Of a stretch of DNA of 64,000 nucleotides, positions 12,959 to 25,800 are shown in pieces. Under the pieces are notes generated by a model. It searched no databases and was not told the origin of the DNA. It saw only the letters and a program-made list of their open reading frames with translations. The stretch comes from Mytilus edulis (taxonomy: Eukaryota), in assembly GCF_963676685.1 (NCBI RefSeq), contig NC_092355.1:11656001-11720000 (forward strand), given 5' to 3'. The stretch's first letter is position 1. Each line of letters starts with the position of its first letter. The position numbers were made by a program, and so were the translations under genes.

Positions 12959-15900
12959 TTACCTCAGGAAATCTCTTGTCTGGTAAGTATAAATACCATT
13001 ATATTTATTTCTATGAACATAACTTTATCTAATTTTGCTAGAAAATTGAGAAAAGAAATGTTTTTAAGAGACCACAACCCGACTGAAGGCAACCGATTGT
13101 TTTTCAACACAGCAAGAAATCCAGCACCCTGTAGAAAGTTGAAAACTTATAAGAGACATTAAGCAAAATAGGTTCTTTAAATGAAATACTTGAAATACAA
13201 CATGTTTTAAATGTGTAGTTTTTATATCAATGGTTTCGTGGGATACTCTCTTGCGCCGATTTTATCGTTCAATAATAAAAAAAACTATTGAAAATAAGAA
13301 GGCATAGATTTGATTTATGACTTTTAAACGGACATAAAAACTGTTCTTAAAGTGCATAGTCCGTTTATAAAGAAAGCATGCTATTGTAAATAAAAAAAAG
13401 TAATAAGAATAAATATGAGGTTAAATATTGCTCAAACTAGATTTTGTATTTCTTTCATTTTAGGAAAATGTGATATTGGACCCGGCAGTGGTCGACAGAA
13501 TTCAATAACATTTGCATATGAACAAGGTAACAAGTATTGATAAACAATAATTATCAAAAAAATAAATATAATATTTTCATGTTTTCAAGACGGAATAAAC
13601 ATTTCATATTTTAGAACATAAACCGGAGGCAAAATTTTCATGACACCACAATAAAACAAAATGTGTAAACAGCGGTAATCGTGATCACGGGGTTTGCGCT
13701 GAACACAGCAGCTTCACAAGTGATTTCACCTTGGTATTATGACGACATTCGTCTAAAACGTCTTTGTAATAAAACAAACAGCTATACTCACTTAGGAAGC
13801 AACTTATTTGGTTAATGCATCAAAAGTATATAAAAACAGGTTAGAGCCTGCATTATAAGATCAGATATAAGCTATACGTACTTGAAAAACTGAATCGCAG
13901 TTATACTTGATAACACTATCAAATATCATACATAATTCATTTGAATATATAATGATTAAACGTTGTTTCTGGCCTTGGGCTGACACTAAAATATTGGCAG
14001 TTAAAAAAAACACCATCATATGTTATATTGAAATAAAACCGAAGAAATGTTCACGTTATATTTTTTTTCGTAACAGTCCTTTAATTATTAATTAAATATG
14101 ACACATAGGTGAATCAGGATAGACATTGTTCATTATAACAAATGCATGCATATGATACTGTGAAAAATAAATTTGGTTCGTTAAAATGTTGATGGAATAT
14201 TCATTCTGCCCTTTGACAAAATATAAAAATTTCAAAAAACTTTGGCTATGTACTCTATCGGAAAATAAAATCATTGGATATCAGTTAGACAAACACCCAC
14301 CTTGATCATTGAGAACCTTAGTTTATATTTCCTAAACAATGGAACGTGATATAATTGTTTAAATGATTTTTCAACGATTTATCTCCAAGTTGACTTTTTG
14401 CTTGATAAAAACTGCGTTATTTTAATGTACAGGTGAGAGAGACGTTCAGAATGCGTTTGTAATACAATGCAAAGATTGCAATGATGCATTATTGGCGGAC
14501 ATCAGGTTCGAAAAAAGATGTGGTTTTCAAACCATGGAAATGTTGAGTCCTAGTGGGTATACTATTGCGTCCGCAAGACAAAGGTGTGTACATATAAATA
14601 GTGTAGTCAATGTCAAAAGAATTTCAGTAAAAAAATATTTTAATAAGGCAGGTTTATAACAAAACAGGCAATTGGCAAAGTAAAGTCGATTTGAATAATT
14701 TAGAAGGCCACTACAAAACTTTGAGGTCATCTCATTAATGTTAATGGAGGCGGCAAAAAATTAAATAACAAAAGTGTACAACATACAGCGACATGAACGA
14801 TACCCAACTAAAAACTAGGCACAAAATGCACACCACCTCAATCAAAAACTAGGGTAAACTTATTTGGTCAAGAAGCGTGAGTAGACCCTGCTCCACAGCT
14901 GATACTCATACAGCATAGGATATAAACTATGTCAAGAAATTTAACATAACATCACTTTCGTTGATTGTCCTCTATTAAACTCTTTTTCAGATTACATTGG
15001 TCATCATTTAAACTTGAAATGCAAGATGTAAATTATATTTTGCAAAAAAGATCACAAAGTCCACTTCTGATAGATGTGAGTTGTAATTTTTATAAAGGAA
15101 AAAAATAGGGATTTGAGCAAGGATAACATACGAAATGAACACGCGTATTGTCTTTCCTTACTTTTTTTTTTCAATAACTTACGAGTCGCTTTGTTTATAT
15201 TTATTCGTATTATTATATATATTCAAATTTCACAAAATTCAAACGGTCCGATTGTTTTTTTTTCCTTCATTTTTTTTTTGGGGGGGGGATATGATTTTTT
15301 TAAACTTGCAAAGAAAACAAACATGTTCGAAATTAAATTTGAAGTTTATTTTTTAGGAAGCTAGATTTAAAAGAAATAGACATGCGTGTATATATAAAAC
15401 TAAGGATATGCGAAAGAAACAAAGAATGTAAGCAAGCAAAGGTTCCCGTTCTGTCTCAATCTATCAATGACTAGACTGAAAATCGCATATAGCTGCAAAG
15501 AGCTCCGGACAGAAAATGTTACCAGGTCAATCGAATATGATATCATTGATATTATTATCATTTGTTTTATAGGTGATAAATACTGAAGATAGATCTGTGG
15601 TGGCTAAATTGGTTGAAGATTTAAATTCGTCACTTTCAAGTAATCAGTTAACCGTTAAGATTCTTTGTGAGTATGCATCCATGCATTATTTATAAAAAAA
15701 CAAAATGAAACCTAAACGTTATTAAATTCATGAATTCGACGTGTTGTTTGGATAAACCATTCACAGCTGATAACTGATAGCAAATGATGTATAAAGACCA
15801 AAACCGTTGAAGAGCAATAAACCAAAAAAAGAAAAATCCACTTAAATCCAATTTTGCTCTACGAAGTGGACACCTTAGTTTCTATTCAAGTTCAAAATGT

Positions 15901-16749
15901 ATGAAGGAGCATTTTACATGTCGTAGATAGTTTGTTCATTTGAATCATTTTGGTATCGTACTACTGAGCTAGTAATATCCTGTTGGACCGATAGTCCATC
16001 AGCAGATGTTACAACTCAGTGCTGTAAAAATAATAACAACTTCTATGTCTACAATATAGTGACCGCCTTCAACGAATTGAAGATTATGTCACACATCTTA
16101 TAATTTTATAAGAATTTGCCACGCTTTTCTGAATTCACCGTTATTAGGAATTCCCGAAGACGATTATATAATAGCCAATAATGTATAAGGACCGAAAATG
16201 TTAAAAAGCAAGACATGGTTTCAATGCGGAACACATTTTCAAGAAGCAACATGCGTTTATAGTATGTATATTGTAAAGTACATAAAAACTGCTTATTATG
16301 ATTATACAATGTTTTGAAAGTACAAAACAGTAATGTTGTGTCGTGTGTACTATTGTTTTTCTGTTTGTCTTTTTCATTTTTAACCATGGCGTTGTCAGTT
16401 TGTTTTAGATTTATGAGTTTGACTGACCCTTTTGGTATCTTTCGTCCCTCTTTTTTTAACCGATGTTAACATATTAACGACTCAATGTAGAAAACATTAG
16501 CTACCTTATTCGATGGTTATTGGTTTTTTTTCTATTTCAGATCAAACAGAACTGAATTTGAGTCAAAAGATTATGATATTATTGATGACGGTTGCACTCA
16601 ACATGACATTTAAACACAAAAAGCATTTCATCAACTTAAAATGTTCGATCTGTAGTCAGTTTTCTAAGGGAACGATATTCATTATATCTGCTCTTATAAT
16701 CTCATTAATGACTATGGTAGCTGTACTGGTCGCTAAAGATTGGATGTAG
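12959..16749 (+). CDS. Spliced gene for a small (~180+ aa) protein with a C-terminal transmembrane helix and a possibly CUB-like ectodomain. Exons 12959-12982, 13464-13526, 14433-14505, 14991-15075, 15573-15666, 16541-16749. Start codon unresolved.
   Basis: Six AG/GT-bounded exons with compatible phases (1,1,2,0,1) give a stop-free frame: TSGNLLSGKCDIGPGSGRQNSITFAYEQGERDVQNAFVIQCKDCNDALLADIRLHWSSFKLEMQDVNYILQKRSQSPLLIDVINTEDRSVVAKLVEDLNSSLSSNQLTVKILYQTELNLSQK...KGTIFIISALIISLMTMVAVLVAKDWM*. Confidence 0.72.
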
Positions 16750-18139
16750 GATGAAATAATCTTGCAACAGACGAATATTTACATAAATTCGATTTATTTA
16801 CATTAAAATACCTAACTATGCTTGGGGTAACAATATATTCACTGCATGCGGAATTTGTTATGTTACTTGTGTTAGTTTAACATATTGTCATCGCGCTATG
16901 AGAAAAATTAGACTGTGTTGATTCGGGTTTGATCTGTCATTCATCAATCAATCAATCAATCATGCAAACTCCTGATTTTCTACATGAAATCAAAATCATT
17001 CGGAAGATGCAAGTTAATCTGGAAGAACTTACTAATTGAGTAAAATATTTAGATTATTGTTTTTTTTTCTTTCTGTATGTCCATTGGCAAATGTATTGAA
17101 CCAGCAGGCAGGTCTTGTACATTTCTAATGTGCGTTTAGGAATTATTTTTCATCATACAATTAAAATGTCTACTAATCTTTATGAAAAATCTTGAATTTC
17201 TGCTAAGCATGCTCTTTTGTGTTTTATTCAAGCCAAATACGACAGTGTTTTCCATTGATTTATTGAAGAAATAGAAACACTAATTTAATATCCCTCCATT
17301 TCTAATATCTAGGTTTGAGTTTTCTTGAAGAGACACGAACAAAATGAGCTTCAAGAACAAAAAAAAGGTAGTTAGTCGCAGCTTTGCAATACAATGATTT
17401 GATGGAAAGGCGAAACGATTTCGGTATTATCGGGATCATAATTTTGGTATTATAAACTGTAATGTTTATTTGATACGATATACATTATTGTAAAACGTGT
17501 ACCGCTGTATGTGTTGTATGTAAACTAAAACATTACGAGCATAGCATCCAAATTCAATAACAATATGTCCATGCAGTGTGTGCATACAGGCCTCGATATT
17601 ACGCTTTGTTCTAAACCACAAAGATCTTGATAACCTTTGAATCTCAGTTTTCTGTTGTCACTGTTGTCAAAGTAAGACGGATATTTCAAAATAAATTATC
17701 ACAATCTTTGACAAATATGACAAAAGTTGGAATCATTGCAAATCTATTTTCGGCCTTTCTTCAATAATACTGAGCCGTTGAAGCGTACAAAACTACCGAG
17801 AATAATGATAAAAAAAATGGTACAAATATAATTATAATTTCATTATATTCGTTAGAATTCATCAATTACAGATACGTATAAATAACTCAATGTAATGTTT
17901 TGGTTGTTGAACTAAAGTCAACTCTAACCATGATTGGGCCGTAAAACTACTGCCGTACCAAGAGTATCGTGTTTTGTTCCAATGGCTCTCCATACTTTAA
18001 GAGATAAAGTTTCTGACATTTATTTTAAAGTGTATGCAACTTACATGATTTATCTCAATCTGACACTAATTGTTGTTTTGTTTTTCTGTTTAAATGTTCA
18101 TGTTGAGCACAAATTCGAACTTTATCGGTTATGTGGATG

Positions 18140-18372
18140 GGTAAAAGAGGCACGAAATATACCAGACGGACAGTCAAACTCATAAATCGAAAAAAAAACT
18201 GACAGCGCCTGGCTAAAAATGAAAGAAGACAATCAGACAAACAATAGAACACATGACACAACATCGAAAACTACAGAATGAGCAACATGAACCCCACCAA
18301 AAACTAGGGGTGATCTCAGGTGATCCGGAAGGGTAAGCAGATCCTGCTCCACATTTGGCACCCGTCGTGATG
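18140..18372 (-). repeat. Interspersed repeat fragment (SINE or retroelement 3'-end-like)
   Basis: GC-rich block CACGACGGGTGCC...GGAGCAGGATCTGCTTACCCTTCCGG...CACCTGAG on the minus strand. Related fragments at ~14790-14900, ~16340-16450 and ~18745-18800. Confidence 0.55.
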
Positions 18373-21300
18373 TTATGTTATCTTGTTCTTCAATGCAGGT
18401 AACGACCTGCATTTTCATTTTCATAGATTTACAGGTATGAGTTTATGTCAATTGTTTTAAACAGTAATATATGCAGAAAAATCTAACAAGACAGCGGACA
18501 ACAATGTTCAAAATTTTTAAGGCGAAGCTTGAAAAAGTAAATGCAAGCGATTAATTTGTTTTTGTTAAGATAAAATGATAGGTTTTGACAATATTGATAA
18601 AAAAAGATTTACTAAATGTAATTCATCATTTCTTAAATTTATCAACTGCTGAAGTCGGTTTATTTTCCTGTTCACCAGACTTAACTGAATATCTAAATAA
18701 ATTATCATGGATCATCCTTTAGCGCATATGGCTGTTTTTGAAGAAACAGGAACTGCTCAGCTTTTCAGAACACCTGTGTTAACCTCCAGCTGTTGGGGTA
18801 CAAGCTGTTTGTTGATGTGTGTACATTTTTTTTTGTCTAATGTATAAGTTGGTTGTCTGTGTTTTTTTTTATTATATTTTTGTTTTTCATCTTCAGATAC
18901 TTTATTTCACTATAAGTTGTTAAAAAGGCCCTATAATTGTTATAACAATGACACCAAAGTTCTTTCCTATATTGTTTATAACCAATAAACAAAAACCAGG
19001 GGATTTTATTGGCAAACTTTTTTAGTTACAATTTATAGAGTAATTCCTCAAGCCTGTACACAATGAAAAAAACGTAGCTTTGGCCATCTTTTGTTTAGCA
19101 TTTAGTTTTGTATTTCAAAAGCGAAAGTAAAAAATATGGTTTCTGATTTATCGAATTAAATGGCCGATATAACTGAATTACGATTGTTTTTTAGTATCGT
19201 ATCATTCAAATACACTAAACATTAAATAATATACCATATCTTGTAGTTTTAGCTGTTAAGTAATAGTGTTCTCATTTTTGCTCTTCGTCTTTTTTGGACT
19301 TTGTACAAAACTACGATATGATATGAGTCTAATGAGATGTTTTCCATCCAAGTAAAAAGCAGGTTAGGAACCACTTCCAATATAATAACTATCCCTTGTA
19401 TAAGGGTTACATTTCACTTGATATAAAGTTGGTTTTTTAAACCAATTCTTAACACAAAAGGGCACATATTAATATACTTTAGTTTAAACATATTTATTCA
19501 TCATCAATACAAATATATCATCATACAAAATACACAATAATAATAGGACCTTTTCCCAAAGTACTATATATCTATCTGGTATTATATGGTCAATACATGT
19601 CCAAAAATTTTATAGTATTCATTGACTTTGATAAATCTTCTTTATTATTGAAAATAAGTAAACCCCTTTTTTCAGAATATTGGTTTTAGATATGAAACAG
19701 CAAGCTATAAAGGAGCAAGCAACACATTACTAGTGTAAAACTATCGGTATTCATAAAGGAGAACAAAAGATCTTATATGTATATACAAACGGCGAAATAT
19801 CTATAAACCGTACATACAAACGACAACTACGGAACAACAGGTTCATGTCATGTACAAACATACATGTATGCACCGTATATGAATAGTTTTGTTCTGCCGA
19901 CAAACAGTATTGCAGATGAAGGCAATACCTCTCCTTCTGAGAACTTTATTCTAATATCAGCATGATTTCGCAGGAAAATATAAACGATCCGTTTAGAACT
20001 TGCTGGCGGGTCCGACGAACAAGGAAATCGGCGTGGTCAAAGAGAAGATATACAAATAAGTCGGCATGAACGAAATTGTCAGTCAATTCCTCGAAGAGTA
20101 ATTGCCCTTTGATAATGAAGTTGACCATTTTTGGGGCGTGTTTGCCTGTTATCTCAAAAAAGGAGTGTGTCCAGTAAGACTTCTTTTTGGCCCCGAAATA
20201 TGGCAGTTTTACAAAATTGTTAAAATGTAAACTTAAAGTTATTTATTGGAAAGTAGGATGCTTCTGCTACATAAATATGGGCTGTTTTTTGACAATACAA
20301 TGCACATATATCGGGTACCAGCATCATTTAGTCATTCTAAATTACTGAATTCTTCAAAATTTTAGCATTTTAGTATAACTTTAGACGGTTTCCGTCTTAA
20401 ATGAAAGTGGCTGCATTTGTGTGCATTCTTACAATGGAAAAAGAAAAATCACAAAAATACTGAACTTAGAGAAAAATCAATTCGGAAAGTCCATAATCAC
20501 ATGGCAAAATCAAATACGCATCAAAAACGAATGGACAAAAACTGTCATATTCCTGACTTGGTACATGCATTTTCAAATGTAGAAAATGGTGGATTAAACC
20601 TGGTGTTATAGCGCTAACCCTCTCACTTTGACGAAAGTCTCATCAAATTCCGTTATATTTACATTGATGCGTTAACTAAACAGACACAATACATAAAATA
20701 TACAAAATATGGGTACATCAGTCATAATCGTATACCAATTTTAAAAGGAACAATTTAACAGAACACAAAAACATCTATCTACAAAAACACTCATTGATTT
20801 GTGTGTCTGACGTCAGAAAATTGTATACGTCACATAGATTTGTCGTTCAATGTGCATACAAACAATTTTAAAATTTACATAGGCAATGTTAGCATACAGG
20901 GTTAAAAAATCAAAAGTATGTAAGAATAAATTTCAGAAATAGACCGTGATTCAAAATAGTCCAAAAGTTGTGTATATAATTGATAGGAAACCACAAATAG
21001 TTAAATCCGTTACGCGATTGAATGATTTTGACGTTTGTGGTTCTAAGTATTTTGTAATTTACCCTTACCGGACCTACTCCTTTATAATAAACAGATAAAA
21101 ACCTAAATAAGTAAAAATGATCAGCAATATCTTCATTTAAGACAATATGAAGGAAATCGTCTTACGACTCCTATGAGTAGTTGGCCTTTATTAACAATGT
21201 TTAAATTTTTTTTGCCTTTATATGATTGACAATTTCAACTGCAAAACAAGACAAGATATACTTACAAGTAAAAGTTTAGCACTATATATAGCAGGCCGTT

Positions 21301-22806
21301 GTTCTTTTTAGAAGTGAATGTCTTAAGATTATTTTACTACTCTGTCCAAGATCAACAAAACAAATTCTGTCAATGTTTGAGACTGTTTTTTGTTGCATGT
21401 GCAAAAAGACAAATGTGTTCGATAAAGGCATTTTAAAGCCTCTGGTTTCTCTTATATTGAAGGATTTTAATTTAAATTAATCTCATCAATTTTCAGTGTA
21501 TTGTGTATTGGAGAATTGATAAGAAGTAGTGGATTCGTAAACGATATCAAATCTTTTCAATTGCAGGTAACCATACAGCCCTTTATAGCTTCACCAATGA
21601 AGAAAACCATTCTTGAACACTCAAATATAAAATGACACGACTTCACTTAATTCAAACTAACTAAAACGAAAAAACCAACGGCGTTATTTATGATAAGAAA
21701 CATAGACTGATAGAGTGTTTGTTGCTGAACGTCCAGTGGCAAATATTTCATGCATGAACGAGGACAAGATAACAGTAATTAAAATAAATTGGTCCTTAAT
21801 AGAGATCATTTGAAATTAATATTTCGAAAATTTCGACTGTGACAGGATTAAGAGCAATAGTGGCTATGAACTTTGCAATAAATCAACTACGGACATCTTA
21901 AAGAATTGTACACAATAAGCATGGAACAAGGTTCTATTTAACGTCCCCGTTTAGACCAAATAGGAATATGTACATATACATCTTGCGATGTCAAATAGAC
22001 ACTTTGAGAGAATTTTGACGTCGGTATAAAAACACTGAATTGAATAAACTCATCCTTTGTAATCCTTCTCTGAATAAAATACACATGCATGCAGTAAAGG
22101 GAAACAAAAATGAAAAACTTCACCAAATATTTACTGCAATAAAGGCCTCTGACTTGCAGCAATCCCATCAGGGATATTGATATAAAAAGGATGTTGTACA
22201 TGTATGATTCCTAAATTAAAGCACGATCCAACATGTTGAAGTGAAATAAGTATATTGTATTACAGGCACCCGTACATGTTCAAATACTGTAAGATGAAGA
22301 TTTGTTATGTGAATATAAAATTGAGAATTGAAATTTGAGTGTTCAAGAGCAGAAAACATCCGACGGCGACTAATGCAGCCAGAATATTCCGCATCGGAGT
22401 CATGCTTCTGTCGGCCATCAATTGACATAATTTATAATGAATATTTTATTCGCGACATGGTTAATGACATCGCCTCTGACAGTTGTTTTTACGGCTTTAA
22501 GATCAACTTAACCTTTGAAATTAATCTTATTCAAAATGATTCAATATTGTAACTATTGTATTCCATTGGCCAAATTATAATTATTATGACAGGTTATCTT
22601 GCAATAAATGAAAAAACATTTCTTAATTTGTTTAAAAATGGCAAAATATTTTGGTACAAAATCTGATTCCTCCTTGTTATCGTTGTTTATCAAAGTTACA
22701 ATTTACAAAAAAATAACTATGGATTGTATTGGTATGATTTCATCCACTGGTAAATCGATATAACTCAATCATTGCTATTTATCTACATTTTGTTTTGAAA
22801 TAAGAT

Positions 22807-25800
22807 CTAAGAGTTGCGAAATCCGGTTGAAAGAAAATTATACAGATAATTATTTGCAATCCTATATTCTTGCATTATTTTAACAGCCAATTCAAGATAA
22901 TAAGCCACATTGTCAATTGTTAAACCTAATGCATGGTGATGTTGAACAATCGCGTTTTTATTACGCAGGTCAATCTTAATGTTACGTCGTATTTTATTGC
23001 AGCTAACTATGAGATGAAGATTGAATGCTTTATGGGAATTCTTAAAAAAACTACAGGAAGTTTCGCAAACTGAATTCATAGCTGCATATTCATATTCACA
23101 TTTGTGTTCGTCTCCAATTCTAAAAAAGCATAAACATCGTAGAAAGTGCATGTAGCTTCTTGGGCACATATAATAAATATGAAAAACATATTTGTTTGTA
23201 AACTCGGCATTAATATAAAGTACTCTTGATAAGTCACTCACGACTAAATACGAATTTTCCGGAACCATAAATTCGTATGATGATAAATAATGTAAGTCGT
23301 TGCAGTCGCGTGTACAGATTAAAACTTTTTCAAATAAATCCATTCGCATTATCCTCTTTCCGTCATGACACATACATAAATCGATATTCTTCAGACAAGC
23401 ATCGGTTATTTGTGAACATTCGTTATGTTTTCCTTGCATGTGTAACCAAGAAGCTAGTGATAGTTTACCAGTTATGATGTTATCTGTAAAGTCCATCATC
23501 AACAGTTGCCATTGAAACTTACGTAATGCATCAACTATTTTGTTATCAAGTTTTTGATTGTTCGTGTCAATAAAATGGGACAACACTGGTATGGTTTTTT
23601 GTCTAATCATCGGCACTTTGCACACATTTGATAAAAAAGATTTAAAATTTGAACGAATGTGTCTGGACATAAACAAAGAAATCCTCTGTCTACAATGTAT
23701 AACTATTTCCAATAGTAAATCATACATGTCGAAGTGTTCCCTTTTGTGAGACGTATATTTTATCATCTCTATGTTTGATTCTTGACTAGCAATATAGTAC
23801 GGAAATTTTTTTAGTGTTTCAGTTTGTAGAACCCATTGCCACCCGTTGCAATTAATTTCACATAAAACATTTAACAATATTCCTCTACTAGAAGTATTAA
23901 ATCTTTTATGGAACATGTTATTACCTGTTACAAAATAGTTCGGACAATTTTCTTCAATCACAAACTGAATTAATCGTCGTATGCATACATTAAGGCAGAG
24001 GAGTATATTATGAGGTATCCAATATGATGAACTAGTTCCCTCTATTACCCAGAACATGACCGTTTTCAAAATATAAGAACAAATCAATTGTGCAATATTC
24101 TGTGTGTCTATAATTTCTTTCAAAACAAGTTTAAGGACCCCATACACTAACATCTGACTATGATTGAAAGTTGATATTAACTCCTGTTCTGCTAAACAAA
24201 ACGATAATCTCCAGTCATGGTTGTTATCGTGATCTCTACTACTTCCAACAGGAACTATAAAACAGCCTTTTTGTATTATGGAAGTAATCATTTCCCCAGA
24301 CGGCCAGCCAAATTTCCGTTTTCGATGAATCCATTCATCTGCAATTATCGGCCATGTTTCACTTTGTACAGCTATAACTTTATCGAAATCATCAGAAAGT
24401 GTGGTAGTCATAAGGGCTGGCCCGTGTACTACATGATCTTGAAAACTTGATTTTTTTAAAGACGCCTCAATTGATTTTTTATAGACATGACTCGATTCAA
24501 ATTCTCCTGAATTATCATTTATTTCAAGTATTACATATCCGGGATATACGTTACTCATCAATGAGTCATATGTGTAATATGCGTCAAGAAATGATCCGTT
24601 ATGTGAATTGTCTCCTTTTTCGCGTGCTGAATGCGTTTGTATGTTTAGCATATCAGTATCACTTCCAGGCATGTTTAATCCTTCAGATTTACTTCCAATG
24701 ATATACGCTGATTTGGGTATATTAACATATGTATTTAGTAAAAGTCGACGAAATTTTACGGTTCTCTCAGTTCCAATATGAATACACAGAAAATGAAAGA
24801 AAATTTCTGACTGCTTTTTCAGTATAGCTATACGCTCTTCTCTTTTACCTTCAAAAAAAATATCAATCATAGAACACAATTTTGATAACAGCATGTTATT
24901 CATGTCCTTGTTCATGTTGAATTATTTGATTAAAATGCGCTATATTCCAATAAAAGGACAGTTTTTGGCAATTCGAACGTAAACACTATGCTATTCATGA
25001 ATAGAAAATACCAGTTTGATAATTACAAACGACATACATGGTTAAGGAAACATGCAAATTGCCGACGAAAGGTCTTAACATTTGAGAAGATGTATCTTAG
25101 AACAATTTAAGGGGTACACAACTCTGTACGCCAAAGGAAAACCTGTTTTTTCCCCTAATTTTCCTGTCATTCATAAAGAAGGCCTAGCTAAACATCGTAT
25201 ACAAATATGTTTAAAAGGTTTGATAACTCGAGTAAGGCATCTTTTACATGCTAATATCGCTCAAAATTGAAAATTTCAGAAGAATCGGTATATTTGTTGA
25301 AATTTTTTAAAAACAATCCTTAATTGGTAAAAGCATTGTGTACAGTAATAACTGAGGCGAATGTTAGTTCACCAAAAACCCTTTTCATGTAGGCTTTTTT
25401 ATTATTCTAGACTTCTTTGTCGTTTTTTGATATATCATTAAATAGCAGCATTAAATAGCAGTGTGCCCCTTTACAATTATTTTTGAAAATACATACTTTA
25501 GCAGGCAAGGACATGTTGTCTTTTGAAAGAGACCCGATATATTTGGCATGTTAATTCAAAGTTTTAACAGTCAATATTTAAATAAAAATACATATTAGCT
25601 AAACTCGACAATTCAATAATATTGACATACATTATGACATACCAGCAAATGCAATGCACACGGAATACCCAAAGGACATGTGGTTACACAAAAAAAATCA
25701 AACATTGTCTAGTTTCTGTTGAGTCGAAATGCTTGAAATCTAACTTACCCTTAACTACTTCATCGAATGTTTTTAAATTTCACATACGGATTATGCCTGT

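Noticed and set aside
24849-24915. ORF-track N-termini of the cGLRs (MNKDM...; also MCTIR... at 50609-50723)
   Set aside because: The paralogues are non-homologous upstream of a shared splice acceptor, so these segments are most likely intron sequence.
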